NCBI RefSeq assembly: GCF_009914755.1
Contig: NC_060930.1
Length of the DNA stretch: 64,000 nt
Direction: 5' to 3' (one strand)
DNA from: the human T2T-CHM13v2.0 reference genome, Homo sapiens
In this document: positions 40,738 to 53,598 of the stretch, piece by piece
Position numbering within the stretch: the stretch's first letter is position 1
Layout: each line of letters starts with the position of its first letter
Made by a program: the position numbers and the translations under genes
Notes under the pieces: generated by a model
The model's input: only the letters and a program-made list of their open reading frames with translations
The model's database searches: none
Told to the model about the DNA's origin: nothing

Positions 40738-43700
40738 CTCCAAGTGTCTCTGGAAGACTCAGGCCCAGAGATTCACTGTCCATCTCCAAGGACTCTGCAT
40801 TGAGTGACTTGTCCTCAGTATTTTTACCCATGAGGGAAATGAAACACCTTCAATGGAGACTGGTCTGGGGTTCCGAAGGGCACCAGGGATTGGGCTGCAA
40901 GGGTTCTGCTTCCAGGAGTCCCTGTTTATCTCTCATTTTTGAGTCAGAAAAAGGCCCCTGGGTATCTGTGTGTAGGCTCTACCTTCTCAGGTTTCCCCGT
41001 GTCTCTGAAAACATGGCTGCCCATGAGAAGTATTTAAAGAAATGAACTTTACCTATTAACTTATTTAGCTCTCATATGAGACAAGGTGATGTAATCATAA
41101 TGGCTCTTAATTTCAGAATGCAAGCATAAGACCATATATTTTACACACACACACACGCAGAATATATGTATATATGCACACACTCACACTTAAATGATGT
41201 GTGTGTGTGTGTGTACTTAGTAAGCACTGAATAAATGCTTACTAGCTAAATGATGAAGCTAGTCCTAACCTGTTTTTGAAGAATTGGCAATTATAGAGAA
41301 GATGCATGCAATTTAAAAAATTTTAATGGGGACATAGCTATAGAGATATCAATCTTTTGAGTTTTTTTTTTTTGAGAAATGGAAAGTGTTGGTTGCATAA
41401 CTCCTTCCACCTGTAATGTGTCTTAACAATTTAATTTTTGGCTTGCAGCTAGTTTGGAAAAGTCCTAGTTATCATGGTTGTGTACTTTAATGTGCTTCCC
41501 TCTAGTGATTACTGGGGTAAGGGAAAGTGTTTTGCATGCAGTAGATGCTTAATAAGTATTTGCTGATTAAATAAATGAGTAATATTGGAATAGAGATCAG
41601 CAAGCAGTAGGTCATGATGGTTTTATTGTTTCATTCACTCATTCACTTATTTACTTCACACACAAAAAATTGATCTCCTGCTATACACCAGGCATGACTC
41701 TAGACACCGGAGGTACATCTGTGAACGAGACAAAATTTTCACCTTTAAGGATGATATTCTAAAAGAGATGGCAGGACATAAATCAACAGGAAAATATCCA
41801 GAGATGGTAAGCTATGATGGCACGTAAGCATGGTGAGATTTGAACAAGGGAGGAAAGGCCACTGGGCTGGAGTTGTTGAAAGTTACAGCCTAGGCCAGAA
41901 GCACAGTGCTGAAGCCTGAAGAGGGCAGAAAAAAATATCCCAACCACTTGCTTCTGCCCTCTGACCTCCTTCTGATACCTCCCGTTGGATGAATAAAATG
42001 TTCAGCCAAAGAGCCTGAGTCTGGATGATGTAGTCCCTAGGGGACAGAGCACAGAGCAGGGCAGAGAAAGACAGAATATGATCAGGGGCATGAGGCTGGG
42101 AAATAATTATGTCTAATGAACATTTGTTAAACAACAAAGGATTCTTTTGGCATACAGAATTTTCTTTGCTACTTATATGCAGAATTGTAATGAAATAAAG
42201 CATTTTTCAGTTTGGAACTCTGCAAAAAATGGAAACGTTTCATTAATATTGCAGAATAAAACTTGAGAGACAGATTACCACCATTTAGCTTCCTTCCCCC
42301 TCTTCCTTTCAGGAATACTCTTCTGCTAATGGGGATTAAGAACAGATGCGTGTATGTCCTCTTTTAGACTCTACATGTGTTCTCTTCTCCCCAAATCGTC
42401 ATGTATTGGGAACCTGCTAGTATGGCTAGAGTGGCAGGAATTAAGTCACAGATGTATCATTTTCACTCAACATTCTTTTAGAAGAGGTTAGATCAAGAAG
42501 AATTAAGACGATTCCAGAAAGAGAAGAACAAGGAGACCCAGGGAGGGAGGGGTGAGGAGGGCAATTCTTAACATTAAATGGGTTTATTTGATGGCTGTTG
42601 GGAACCAGATTTGTGCAAACACTCAAGGCTGGCAGAATACATTTAATACATGCTCTTGACCTGTAAGGGCACTGAATTGAGAAAAGGCTACAAGAGTTGT
42701 CTGGGCTTGTTCTTCAGAAGAAAAAAGGCAAGGTATAATAGGGGAGCTGAGTACATGTCTTGTGACCCAGGAAAGGGAGAGAAGAGCATTGTTATGGTGT
42801 GATCAGGGCCAGAGCAGTGTGGCTGAGGGGAGGCAGTTTGACTGGGAAGCTCTTTGCTCCTTTGGTAACCAGGTATGAAGATGACTAGCCATTCATTGTG
42901 CAGAGACAATGCTATATGAAAACTTTACTTTTCCTCCTGGACGTGAAGACCTTTTTCTTAGCTCCCTTTCATCTAAGTAGGCCAGATGGCTGTTCTGGCC
43001 AAAGAGATGTAGACAGAATTCAGCACAGTGCTGAAGCCTGGAGAGGGCATACATCATGTCTATACCTGGCCTAGCGAAAAAAGATCCTGCCTAGTTTCCC
43101 ACTGTAATTGAGAGTGGAGACATCCCCAAGATTGTTGTGGGAGGCTGTACAAATCTGTAGGGAAGCTTGGAGTAATGTGGGAGTTTAAAGAAAATGCAAA
43201 GAAACTCTGAGGCATCTGGCTGGTCTGCTCAAAATTTGGACTGTGGCACCAGTTGTTTTGTGTTTGAGGCTATCTAGTCTATTTATATGATTACAGGGCT
43301 TGGAGAAGTTTAAGAAAAGCATTGCTGCCATTTAGAATTTCCTAGATTTGATGGCCTCAACTGAATGTTATTATTTAAGTACTACATTAGATCAAAGGTT
43401 GAGCATCTTATGTTGGTTACATTTTACTTGCTCATTTGGAGGGGTAAGGTAGAAGAGAAAGGCTATAAGGGATTGTCTACACAACAATGCGATTTTATTT
43501 CCTAAAACGTTTTGTTGCAAATGATGATGAACCTGTGACAAGCTGGCTGTGGTCAGGGTGGAAACAGGAAGAGAAACCACACTTAACCTACGACTTCTAA
43601 ATAGTCGGGGCTGAGCTAGACCAGAGTTGGGCTTTTCTTTGAGTTACAAAGCAAGTCTCTACTGATGTTTTATACCTTTTTCTTTCACTAGTCTTCAAGC

Positions 43701-43844
43701 TGTTGAAACATTTTTTCAATTACTTGTCATTTGCTGTTGTTTTGTCTAGGTGAATCATCACGAAAACTAAGTAGAGAAAAAAACAAACACCCCAATCATC
43801 AGAGAAAGGATATTTCAAAACTGTCCATATTTAGTCATTGACTA

Positions 43845-46800
43845 AGGTCTTATTGAATGCAGCTTTATTGATAGTGATGAGATTACAAAATAACACTACA
43901 TACTTTTTAGTTTGTTGTTCCTTATATAGTACCAGAATGTTTTAAGCAAAGAAAGAAATTTTTTTGCCAAAATTTGCTGAATAAATAAAAAGTTTTTAAA
44001 GAATATCCAGGACAAATAATTTATTTCAAATTCCCTGAGAGGGCAAATTAAATGGTCTTTACCCAGTGAATGTGCTGGAGGGTAAATCTTTAATATTTTA
44101 GATTGTTTAATTCTTATAATTACGAATAAAGGACTGTTTGGAAAATTATTCTGTAGGTTTTTTGGCATGAAAAGAAATACTGAAAAGTATTTCCTTTTAA
44201 TGCTGCCTTGTGCTGGAGAACATATTCATCAGCGGCTGGAATAGGGATGTAGTTCATTCAGAGATTACATAAATTCATTTGGTTGTAACTAAGGGAAAAA
44301 AATTAATGAGGTGATTTTAGTTTATTTCGTCTCATAACTTGGATGAGTTCTGAAGACACTTGGCCAGGATAACCAGCAAAAAAATAAAATTAAAAAATTG
44401 ACCTTTTAGAACGTACATATTTCCAGGTAAACCTCTATTTACATGTGTATTTGTAAAATACACTTACTACAACTGCTGCTTTACCTTAAATCATAGAACC
44501 ATTCAGTACTCACTTCCTCATGACATCAATTATACCTCCTCACTCATAACACTTCACTACCATCTAATCATGTTTTAAAATTATACGAATCTGTACCGTC
44601 ACTGACCTTCTATTCAAAACCATTCTTACAACATAGGAAGTAAAAATAAAATTCATTCAATGCACTGAAAGCAACTAATGCATCAGGGATGACAACTTGG
44701 CACCAAGAACCTAACTAAAAATGGACAAAGTATGTTAAAGTTTGGCTTCCTGGAGACTTTCTCATCAGGTCTCTGGCCCATTTAGAAAAAGAGAGCTTGA
44801 ATTTTATTATTTCAGTTGCTGGGTAACATGCAATTTCCCTGATATATTGAACTGATGCTTTTATTTGATCACAGGACTCAGCCGTTACAAAAATAACAAG
44901 TCATTTTCTTTAATAAAAAATAAAAGGAAGTATATGGTTGGGTCCTAAGACTCTGGAGTAATTGAATGTAAGCTTAAAACATACTAAATATTTTCCACTT
45001 GGGAAATCTGGAGAAACTAGGTTTCTAGGAGCAACTGCTTCAATAGTTGGTGTAAAGAATATGTTTCACTTACACATGAAAGTGGACACATATTATTTTG
45101 ATTCTGCATACTTTTATGTCTTTCAATTGGCAATGCAAGATGTTCCAGGATATGAAACTTTCACCGACCCTTACATTCCATACTCCTCGCTAATGTGTTA
45201 TGTCAGAAATTCTGACATTCCAAATTCATATTGGTCTTTATTTTCCTAACTGTTGAAGCAGAAGATAGAACAGCAATGCACCCAAGAGTCTGGTAAGCTC
45301 AAATATGTGGATTTTCTGAGTCTTCAGATAAACAATGTAGAAAATAAATTAAATGGTAATTTTAAATGATTTATCCAGCACTAACATGTCTCCAGTTTCA
45401 TCTCTAGAAAGCCACTGCCAAGTTTTTGCACAACCTAATTTATCAAGCTTTGATAGATGAAAAATCCTCTAGTTTCAGTATCTCTTCTCATTATTCCATC
45501 ATGTAATGTTGCAATTGATTGATTCTCATTTCATTTCAAGCCCTAGGTCCTCCTCTTCATACAATACTTCTAAGATGTCAATGGGAACACATCTATTGGT
45601 GTGCATCAAGGAATTACATCTATTCACTCACTTATGATCTGTAACCCACAATAAAACACCCTTTTCTCCAAAAATTAACCATATACTATAGGCTTCTCAG
45701 TTGTATGAGTGTGTGCGTATACACACATATACATACACCAAGGTAATATACCATATCCACATATACCAAGGTAAAAGATTCTTTGTGTGGGATAAGGAAA
45801 CAGCCCAGCGCTTTTACATTAATAATATCTTGTTCTTAATTTACAGCGTTTGTAGCCCTTACCTGAGTGTTATCATTAAATATCCAGAGATTGAACTTTT
45901 CATCGGGGTAATGATATAAAATTGTTCCACAAAGTGTACTATATGAACCACTTTTCACAGTTCAAATAACATATTTTAGAAATAAATATCATAACTAGCA
46001 ATAACCTATCTACACAAGGTGGAGAGGATGAGATTAACAAAAACCAAATTATATTTCCATATATCTCATGTTCAATTCCTAAATAGCTTGTTTTATTTTT
46101 CAAAATCCAATTGCACATAACCCATAATTGATAGGCCACTTCCTCTCCAAAACAAATAAACTGTCAAAGAATAAAGTGATAAATTATAAAAAAGGAAAAT
46201 ATGTATCATTTACTACAGTCATTCCCTTTCCCCAAAACTTGGCAAACATATAGGAAAAATGCTATCAAGTGGGTACACTTTGATTATAAATCCAAAGCTC
46301 ATTTGGAGCAGATGAGATTAATAAAAATAGGACAGAATGAGTATATATTTTTATATACGTGAGATGAGTGCTTGATTTTTACTTAAGAAATCAGGAGGAT
46401 CCATATTAAATGGGAAACAATGGCATTTATCAACAGGAGAACCCATTCATCCAGTTACTACCAAATCTACAAATTCCAAATGTTTCTATCATTCTTATCA
46501 TATAAAAGATTGGGGCAAATAAAATTATTGTTATTGGTTGTGTAAACTTCAAGCTCTCTAAGCTTAAGGCTAATGGTCCTTAGGGACATAGTTTTATTTG
46601 GTGATCTTCGCAGGGTGTACATTAGGGCCAAGGTTGCCTTTAACCAGGTTGGTGTAGTTTTTAGGGTGAGGGTAAGGCTCCCAGGGTATGTGAAATTCTT
46701 CTTTAATAGAGGACAAGGGATAAAATGCAAATCCTTCTAGTTGAAACAACCAAATGACTTAAATTTATGCTATAAATTAAATGATTCATATCAATTACTT

Positions 46801-47530
46801 CATTGAGAGCATGATTTTATGGTAGAAAATAAACTGGGGCCTGAGGCATGGAGGAAGAGGAATGTCCGCTAACACAAAGGTTATCAACTTTAGGGTCCCT
46901 GGGTGGAATCCCTATTCCTTTTCGGTCAGATCTTGTTTTAAGCTTTATTACGTTGTCATGGGATATCTTTCAAAATCCTTTACTCAATCACATATGGGGG
47001 GAAAATTGCGTTGAAATACAGAATTAAATCTTAAGTCTTTATGGAGATCGACAATTTCCATTTTTAAATAAATAAAATCTATATGAATATCTTCAACTTC
47101 CTAAAGAAAAAAGAGAGAGAGGAAAATAAACTTTTGAACATGAAATCACTTACATAAACCTCAAGTGTACTAACGTGTAGAGGAAAAAATCTCAAATGTG
47201 GGTGTAACCGCTATACATTTAGGAAACATGCCGCCTTGGGAGAGTGCCTATAACGAATTCCGTCTGCCACCCAGTGGCCGCTGAAATAAATTGTTTCTTT
47301 TGTTGGCCATTGCCCTGTATTTTGCTAAAAAAAAAAAAAAAAAAAAAAAAAAGAGGTAGATTATGCCATACCAGGAATTTAAAGCCATCAGGACATGTGC
47401 CTCGACATATTTTACAATACAATCAGTGTAGTAAATGTTAAATATTTTCCTTTTCGCGAACTCAGAGGTTAACCACGTGGCTCTACGAATAAATAACGTG
47501 TTCTTCCTGCGTCCCTGCATCTACCTGGGC
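43845..47530 (-). other. KLHL31: KLHL31 3'UTR (~3.7 kb); distal end approximate
   Basis: Repeat-free AT-rich stretch after the stop codon. Minus-strand AATAAA at 43864-43869, with further AATAAA candidates more proximal. A 26-nt U tract at 47327-47352. Confidence 0.65.
43864..43869 (-). terminator. Likely distal poly(A) signal of KLHL31
   Basis: TTTATT on + equals AATAAA on -, followed downstream by GT/T-rich sequence (complement of aaaaaaacaaacaccc near 43780). Confidence 0.55.
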
Positions 47531-48380
47531 TCAGATACTGACTGGCACAGAAGATACCGAACTGGCCCGGGATTCCCGAGTCACGTTGTTGGGCATCGAG
47601 AGGGTGCAGCAGGACACGCCGACAGTGGCCTCGGGTAGCTCGTCGTCCTCCGTCCACTCGTTGAGCTCGGGGCTGAAGCACTGGATGCACTTCTTGTACT
47701 TCTTCTCGCCCTCGTTCCAGCCCCCCACCAGGTAGGCGCGGCCATGCAGCGCCGAGACGCCCGCAGTGCTCACTCCCACCTGCAGCGGCGCCGCGTAGCT
47801 CCACTGGCCGGTCGCGGGGCTGTAGCACTCCACGGTGAGCACGTCCACGCGCTCCCCGCGCGGCCCCAGCTGGCTGCCGCCCATCACGTACACTCTGTCG
47901 CTCAGCGTGACCGCGCAGTGCCAGCCCCGGGGTGTGCTGAGGTTCGGCAGCTCCTGCCACGAGTCGCTGGCCGGGTCGTAGGCGCACACAGAGCGCGAGT
48001 AGGCGTTGGCGATGTAGCCTCCGGTCACCAGCACGCGGCCGTCGGCGACCGCGCTAGCGTGGCAGCAGCGCGCCACCTCCAGGGGCGTCTTCGGCTGCCA
48101 CTGATTGGTGGAGGGCACGTAGCACTCCAGCGAGGCCAGGCTTCCTTCTGCGTTGCGGCCGCCCGCGGCGTACACGAGCCCGTTGAACACGCTCAGGCTG
48201 AAGTGCGTGCGCTTCTGGTTCATGCTGGCCAGGTGTATCCAGGTGTTGAAGCGGGGATCGTATCTGGAAATGATAGAGAAGGTGTAACAGCTTTGTCGGC
48301 GGCAGCTGGGGACCCCATGTTACTTTGCAAATCATGAGTGGGAAGCCTGACACTACCCCTGCAAGGAGGCGAGGGACCTG
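47450..48380. promoter_or_regulatory. Intragenic CpG island over KLHL31 exon 3
   Basis: Abrupt switch to very high GC and dense CpG relative to the CpG-depleted flanks. Confidence 0.85.
47531..48263 (-). CDS. KLHL31: KLHL31 coding exon 3 (remaining kelch repeats, stop)
   Basis: Acceptor TTTCCAG|ATAC at 48264|48263. Junction AG|A restores ...[12 protein letters not shown]. Repeated GG..Y..W kelch motifs. 733 nt plus 1172 nt = 1905 nt = 634 aa plus stop. Confidence 0.98.
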
Positions 48381-50034
48381 GCCCAGCACCTCACCTGGAG
48401 GCTGGAGTTTCTCTCTCAGCCAGTAAAAATGTGTGACACTTGGAAAAGACAAAGCAGGCATTGACCACCCCTCGCCCCCGTTTATAAGCCTCTCCTCCGT
48501 TTATAAGCACTCCCTTTATGGGGCCACTTGGAGAAGAGCCCACAGAGACTGAGCTTTCAGTCCCCCTTTCCTCCATATTCAAATATCTATCATCCAGTGG
48601 GATTTACGAGATGTGCACATGGGGGAGGCTGGGCATTTGTGACGATCAGAGGAGTGGCGATCAGAGAAGGGCATCGCCATATTAAAGTCAATTCTGCATA
48701 TCCTCAGATGCCAACCATTCCTAGCTCCCTGTCACAGTTTAAGATACGAATTGACTGACTGGATTTCTCCATTTCTCACAAACCCCTTAATCCTACACCT
48801 CTCTTGGCCATTGCGACAGTAAAGCCAAGCCACTCAGCAAAGTCTTCTCTTGTCTGTTAGACTGAGACCAATAGAACTGTCTAAAAGCATCAACAAAGGC
48901 TTAACTTTGGATACTCTTCTATTTTCCAGCACTTGTCAGTAGAGAAGACTTTTTAGTTTAGGGATAAATATATATATTTTTTCAGTGCTCGGAACTATCC
49001 ATGTATAAGCACTGCAATCAATACCTCACAAAGCGACTCGAGTACTAAAAGGTGTCTTTACAGCAGGAGGAAAATAAGCATAGTGAACTGATGCTTTCCT
49101 GTTGACATAGTTCAGAAGTATTGTAAATACAGAACTCACTCCTTCAGTCTGATGTTCATCTTTGTCCCATTTAACTCCCAAATTAAACTCAACTATAGTT
49201 ACAAATTAAACACTAAAAATCAGTTAATTGTGTTCTTTAAAATGCATACACACATAATGGAATAATAAAGAATATTTTTCATGAAATACTACACAAATTT
49301 TCAGATCTTGCTCATTAGTTATGTTTGACTTTATACTACTACCATGATATAAGCATGATTTTCTGAACATTTCATATGAATGGAAGTTTAATTTTTAATC
49401 ATAAATATATAAAATAATATGGCATTTGAATTCCATTTTTCTGAAGGGTGTGTTTTACTCTTTTACTCTTTTCTGTATGTATCAAAAATACTGACACATT
49501 TTCTGTTATTCGGTTTTCAAATAAGTATTTCAAATTAATTAGCTGCCACATTTTTAATGATCTCATTCTATTTGCCAATTATGAATTTGACAGTTGTCAG
49601 TAGCAGTCACTTAAAATACATTTTGTATTATTCTATTCTTTCTTACTACTTAGTGTTAAAAACTGAATTTGTATCTAATTTCTATCAAAAGTCAGTGTAT
49701 TGTGAAGAGTACCCAACTAGAAGTGAGTAAATGTGAATTGCCGCTTACTGGTGTTATAACTTCTCTGGGTATCAGGTTTCTCATATGTAAAATCAGAATA
49801 ATTATATCTTCCCCGCCCACCTCACAGGCTTGTTTCAGAAATCTATAGTGCAAAATATAAATGAATGTACTTTATATAATATAAAGTGCTGAACATACGT
49901 AAGGTGGCATTATTATTATTTTTGATTTACTAAGCCAATGGACTAAGTTAATAAGCAAGATTAATTTACTTCTATGTTAGGGCTATTTCCCTATAATATT
50001 GAGCCATTTCAGTTCCTAATAAAAGATCAAGTAC

Positions 50035-51206
50035 CTGCAGAAATTGCTGACTGCATGCTTGGCTTGATTTCTTGCATCATTCTGGTCTTCACCACCGGCT
50101 ACATAAAGAAATCCATCCATCACAGCCACACACTGATTAAAACTTTTGGCTGGCATTTCCGTAAGCTTGCTCCATCCATTTTCAGGGTCTCTATACAGGA
50201 TGTCTCTGCTAAGGGACTTCTCAGTAAGGCCTGGGCGTCCCCCAACAGTGACGAGGACTCGGCAGCCACCTCGGATTCTTGTTCGCCTAGATTGCAATGT
50301 GTTTTGATGATATGGAAGCAAGTGGTAGTTCATAGCATCTACGAGAAGTCTGTGACAATCAGCATCTTGCATCATTCTTGGTACGGATTGAACATAATTG
50401 ACCAGGTCTTGTGCAGAGATGGTACCAAAGCGAATATTGCTCAAAAGATCTGCAGCGTATTTTACTCTCTTTTGGTCAAATTCTAACCATTTCATTGCAA
50501 TCTGGAATGCTACTATCTCAGAAGGCAACTGTAAGTCATCATCTATAAGAAGTTCATTAATTTGTTCAAATGTAAGTTTCATAAACTGATCCGATTCTGC
50601 AAATTCAAGGAAGTTATCCCGAATAAATTTCTGGGCTGCTGCTTTTGCATTTTTTAGGGAGTATGTTTCAGCAATATTAACAACATACATGCAATTCTCA
50701 ACACTCATCTCCCGTATCAGAAAATCACTGCACATCTTTATAAGAGTATGGATCTGAAGATAAACAGCAGCAGAAATAATGCTTCCTATTGTATACAAGG
50801 AGAGAGTGAGCTTTCCAGTGTAGGCATATGCAATGACAGTGGCCAGGCCTAGTGGTGAGATATCATTGAGATCCACCCTCTGAATTGACGGGTCTTTTTT
50901 TAGGATGTTGTAAAAATACTCACTGCATGAAGCCATGACTGACTTATGAACATCAAAGGATTTGGTTTTGGTACCAATGACTAAGTCACATAGGAAGTTC
51001 TCCTGCCGCATTTTACTTAAACCTTCCAAGAGGTTGGGGCCATAAGAAGCATCTGTTAGTTCAGAAGAAATGCAGCTAAGGCCATTGCCTCCCTCTAGGA
51101 GCCCATTCAAAGCATTCAGTTTGTTTAGGGGGCTATCTTCTACGATTATAGTCATCTCATTGATATCTCCTTTGTTCTTTTTGACAATCTTCTTTTTGGG
51201 TGCCAT
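50035..51206 (-). CDS. KLHL31: KLHL31 coding exon 2 (N-terminus, BTB, BACK, first kelch repeats); exon spans 51239-50035
   Basis: [13 protein letters not shown]...FLCDLVIG...[12 protein letters not shown] (BTB), [13 protein letters not shown] (BACK), LVTVGG/LYVAGG (kelch). Strong Kozak GCCAACATGG. Acceptor (T-rich)TAG at 51241-51240, donor CAG|GTACTT after 50035. 1172 coding nt, phase 2. Confidence 0.98.
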
Positions 51207-51464
51207 GTTGGCAAATACACTGTCACAGGCAAGAGCTTGCTAAAAAGAGAAAAAAAAAAGCATGGTTTTGTTTTAATTGTGCTTTAGACTTTGAAATACT
51301 ACATTGAGAAACTTTTTCAAAAGATAATAGTTTTCATGGCATAAAATAGATTAATTTTTAAAATAGATTTAAAGACATATTAAACTAGATGTACATTTTA
51401 CAGACAGTTTACTTCAGCATGAAGCATTGAAGACAATTCTAGGAAGATTTATGTTATCAAATGA

Positions 51465-51852
<388 letters not shown>

Positions 51853-52865
51853 TGAGCTATATAGTAGAATAGTAGTTAAATATCATTTAAAGGGCTTAGT
51901 TTACTGTCATGAAAAAGTGAATTATAAACACTCTGAAGATTTTCCTCAGTAAAATACTAAAATTCAGGAATACATGTGAAATGTAGAAAATATTATGGAA
52001 AGATTATTTTATTTGCAGTAGCAATGAAACCTGTTATATTTTAAGAGATATACATACTTGACTCTAATTTAGTGAGACACATATAAGTACTATAGGATTT
52101 TGCCAGAGGATTTAACAGACAGGGACTCTACATTCCTGTATGAAGAGATGGATGTCATTTCAATGAAATTTTAGTTGCTACCTCTATAAGATATTTTTTC
52201 TTTTTGGAACTTAATAAAATGATTTCAGAGTTTAACTGAGGGAGTGAGTATAAAAGAACATCTAGGAATTTTGTTTAAAAATAAAGGAATTCTTACCAGA
52301 TGCAAAAAATTAGAGGAACTAGAAATTTTGGATCAGGAATAAAAAGAAATTCAGTGGAATAAGATAAGAGGTAGAAACCTATAAATTCAGAAGAACAAAA
52401 TAAAGGGTAGAAACCCATATATGTATATGTGTGTATGTGTGTGTAGATATATACAGTATATATGTGTGTGCATATTTATATATTTATATAGTGTATGTGT
52501 GTGTAAGTATATATATTAAGATAAATGTGGCACTTAAAAATCAATGAGAAAGAACTTGTAATGGCAGCATTAGGTCAACTGATTTGCTACTCTATATATT
52601 CACTAAAATAACTTCCAGATGAATTAAATATCTAAGTAACATACACACATACACAAACTTATATAAGACCAGAACAAGCTAGGGATCTTGTTTTTGTTTT
52701 TGTTTTTATAACTTAGGTTAGGGAAGGCCCTTCTCAGCTGACACAAAATCCAGAAGCTATAAAAGAAAAGACTGAAATATCAGAATATAGAAAAATAAAA
52801 GCCATGAAACAAAACTGACTCCTTAAAAGGCAAGCAACAGACTGGGAAAACAAGTATTTTTAACT

Positions 52866-53318
<453 letters not shown>

Positions 53319-53543
53319 TAGAAAACTTATATCAAACAGGTTTATGCTAATTATTCAACAATTTTCTCTTTTCACTAGTAGTAATTCATGTACACCTTTC
53401 TATAGCAGTACATGTATAAATCCACCTCATTCCTTATAATCGGTGCATAGTAATGCATAGTAAGGGTATATCATACATTGTTCAACTATTATCCTGTTGA
53501 TAAGCATTTATGTATTTAGGTGGTTTACAATTTTTTGTTTTTG

Positions 53544-53546
<3 letters not shown>

Positions 53547-53594
<48 letters not shown>
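53547..53594. repeat. (TG)24 microsatellite
   Basis: Perfect TG array of 48 nt. Confidence 0.97.

Positions 53595-53598
<4 letters not shown>

Noticed and set aside
45173-45223. Two perfect ACATTCCA miR-1/206 8mers
   Set aside because: They are on the plus strand, antisense to the KLHL31 3'UTR.
47469-48461. Long alternative-frame and antisense ORFs over exon 3 (172, 197, 135 aa)
   Set aside because: Expected shadows of a GC3-rich coding exon; low-complexity Arg/Ala/Gly content and no domain.
49974-50486. 170-aa antisense ORF over exon 2
   Set aside because: Shadow of the KLHL31 CDS, with no promoter or splice support and no recognisable motif.
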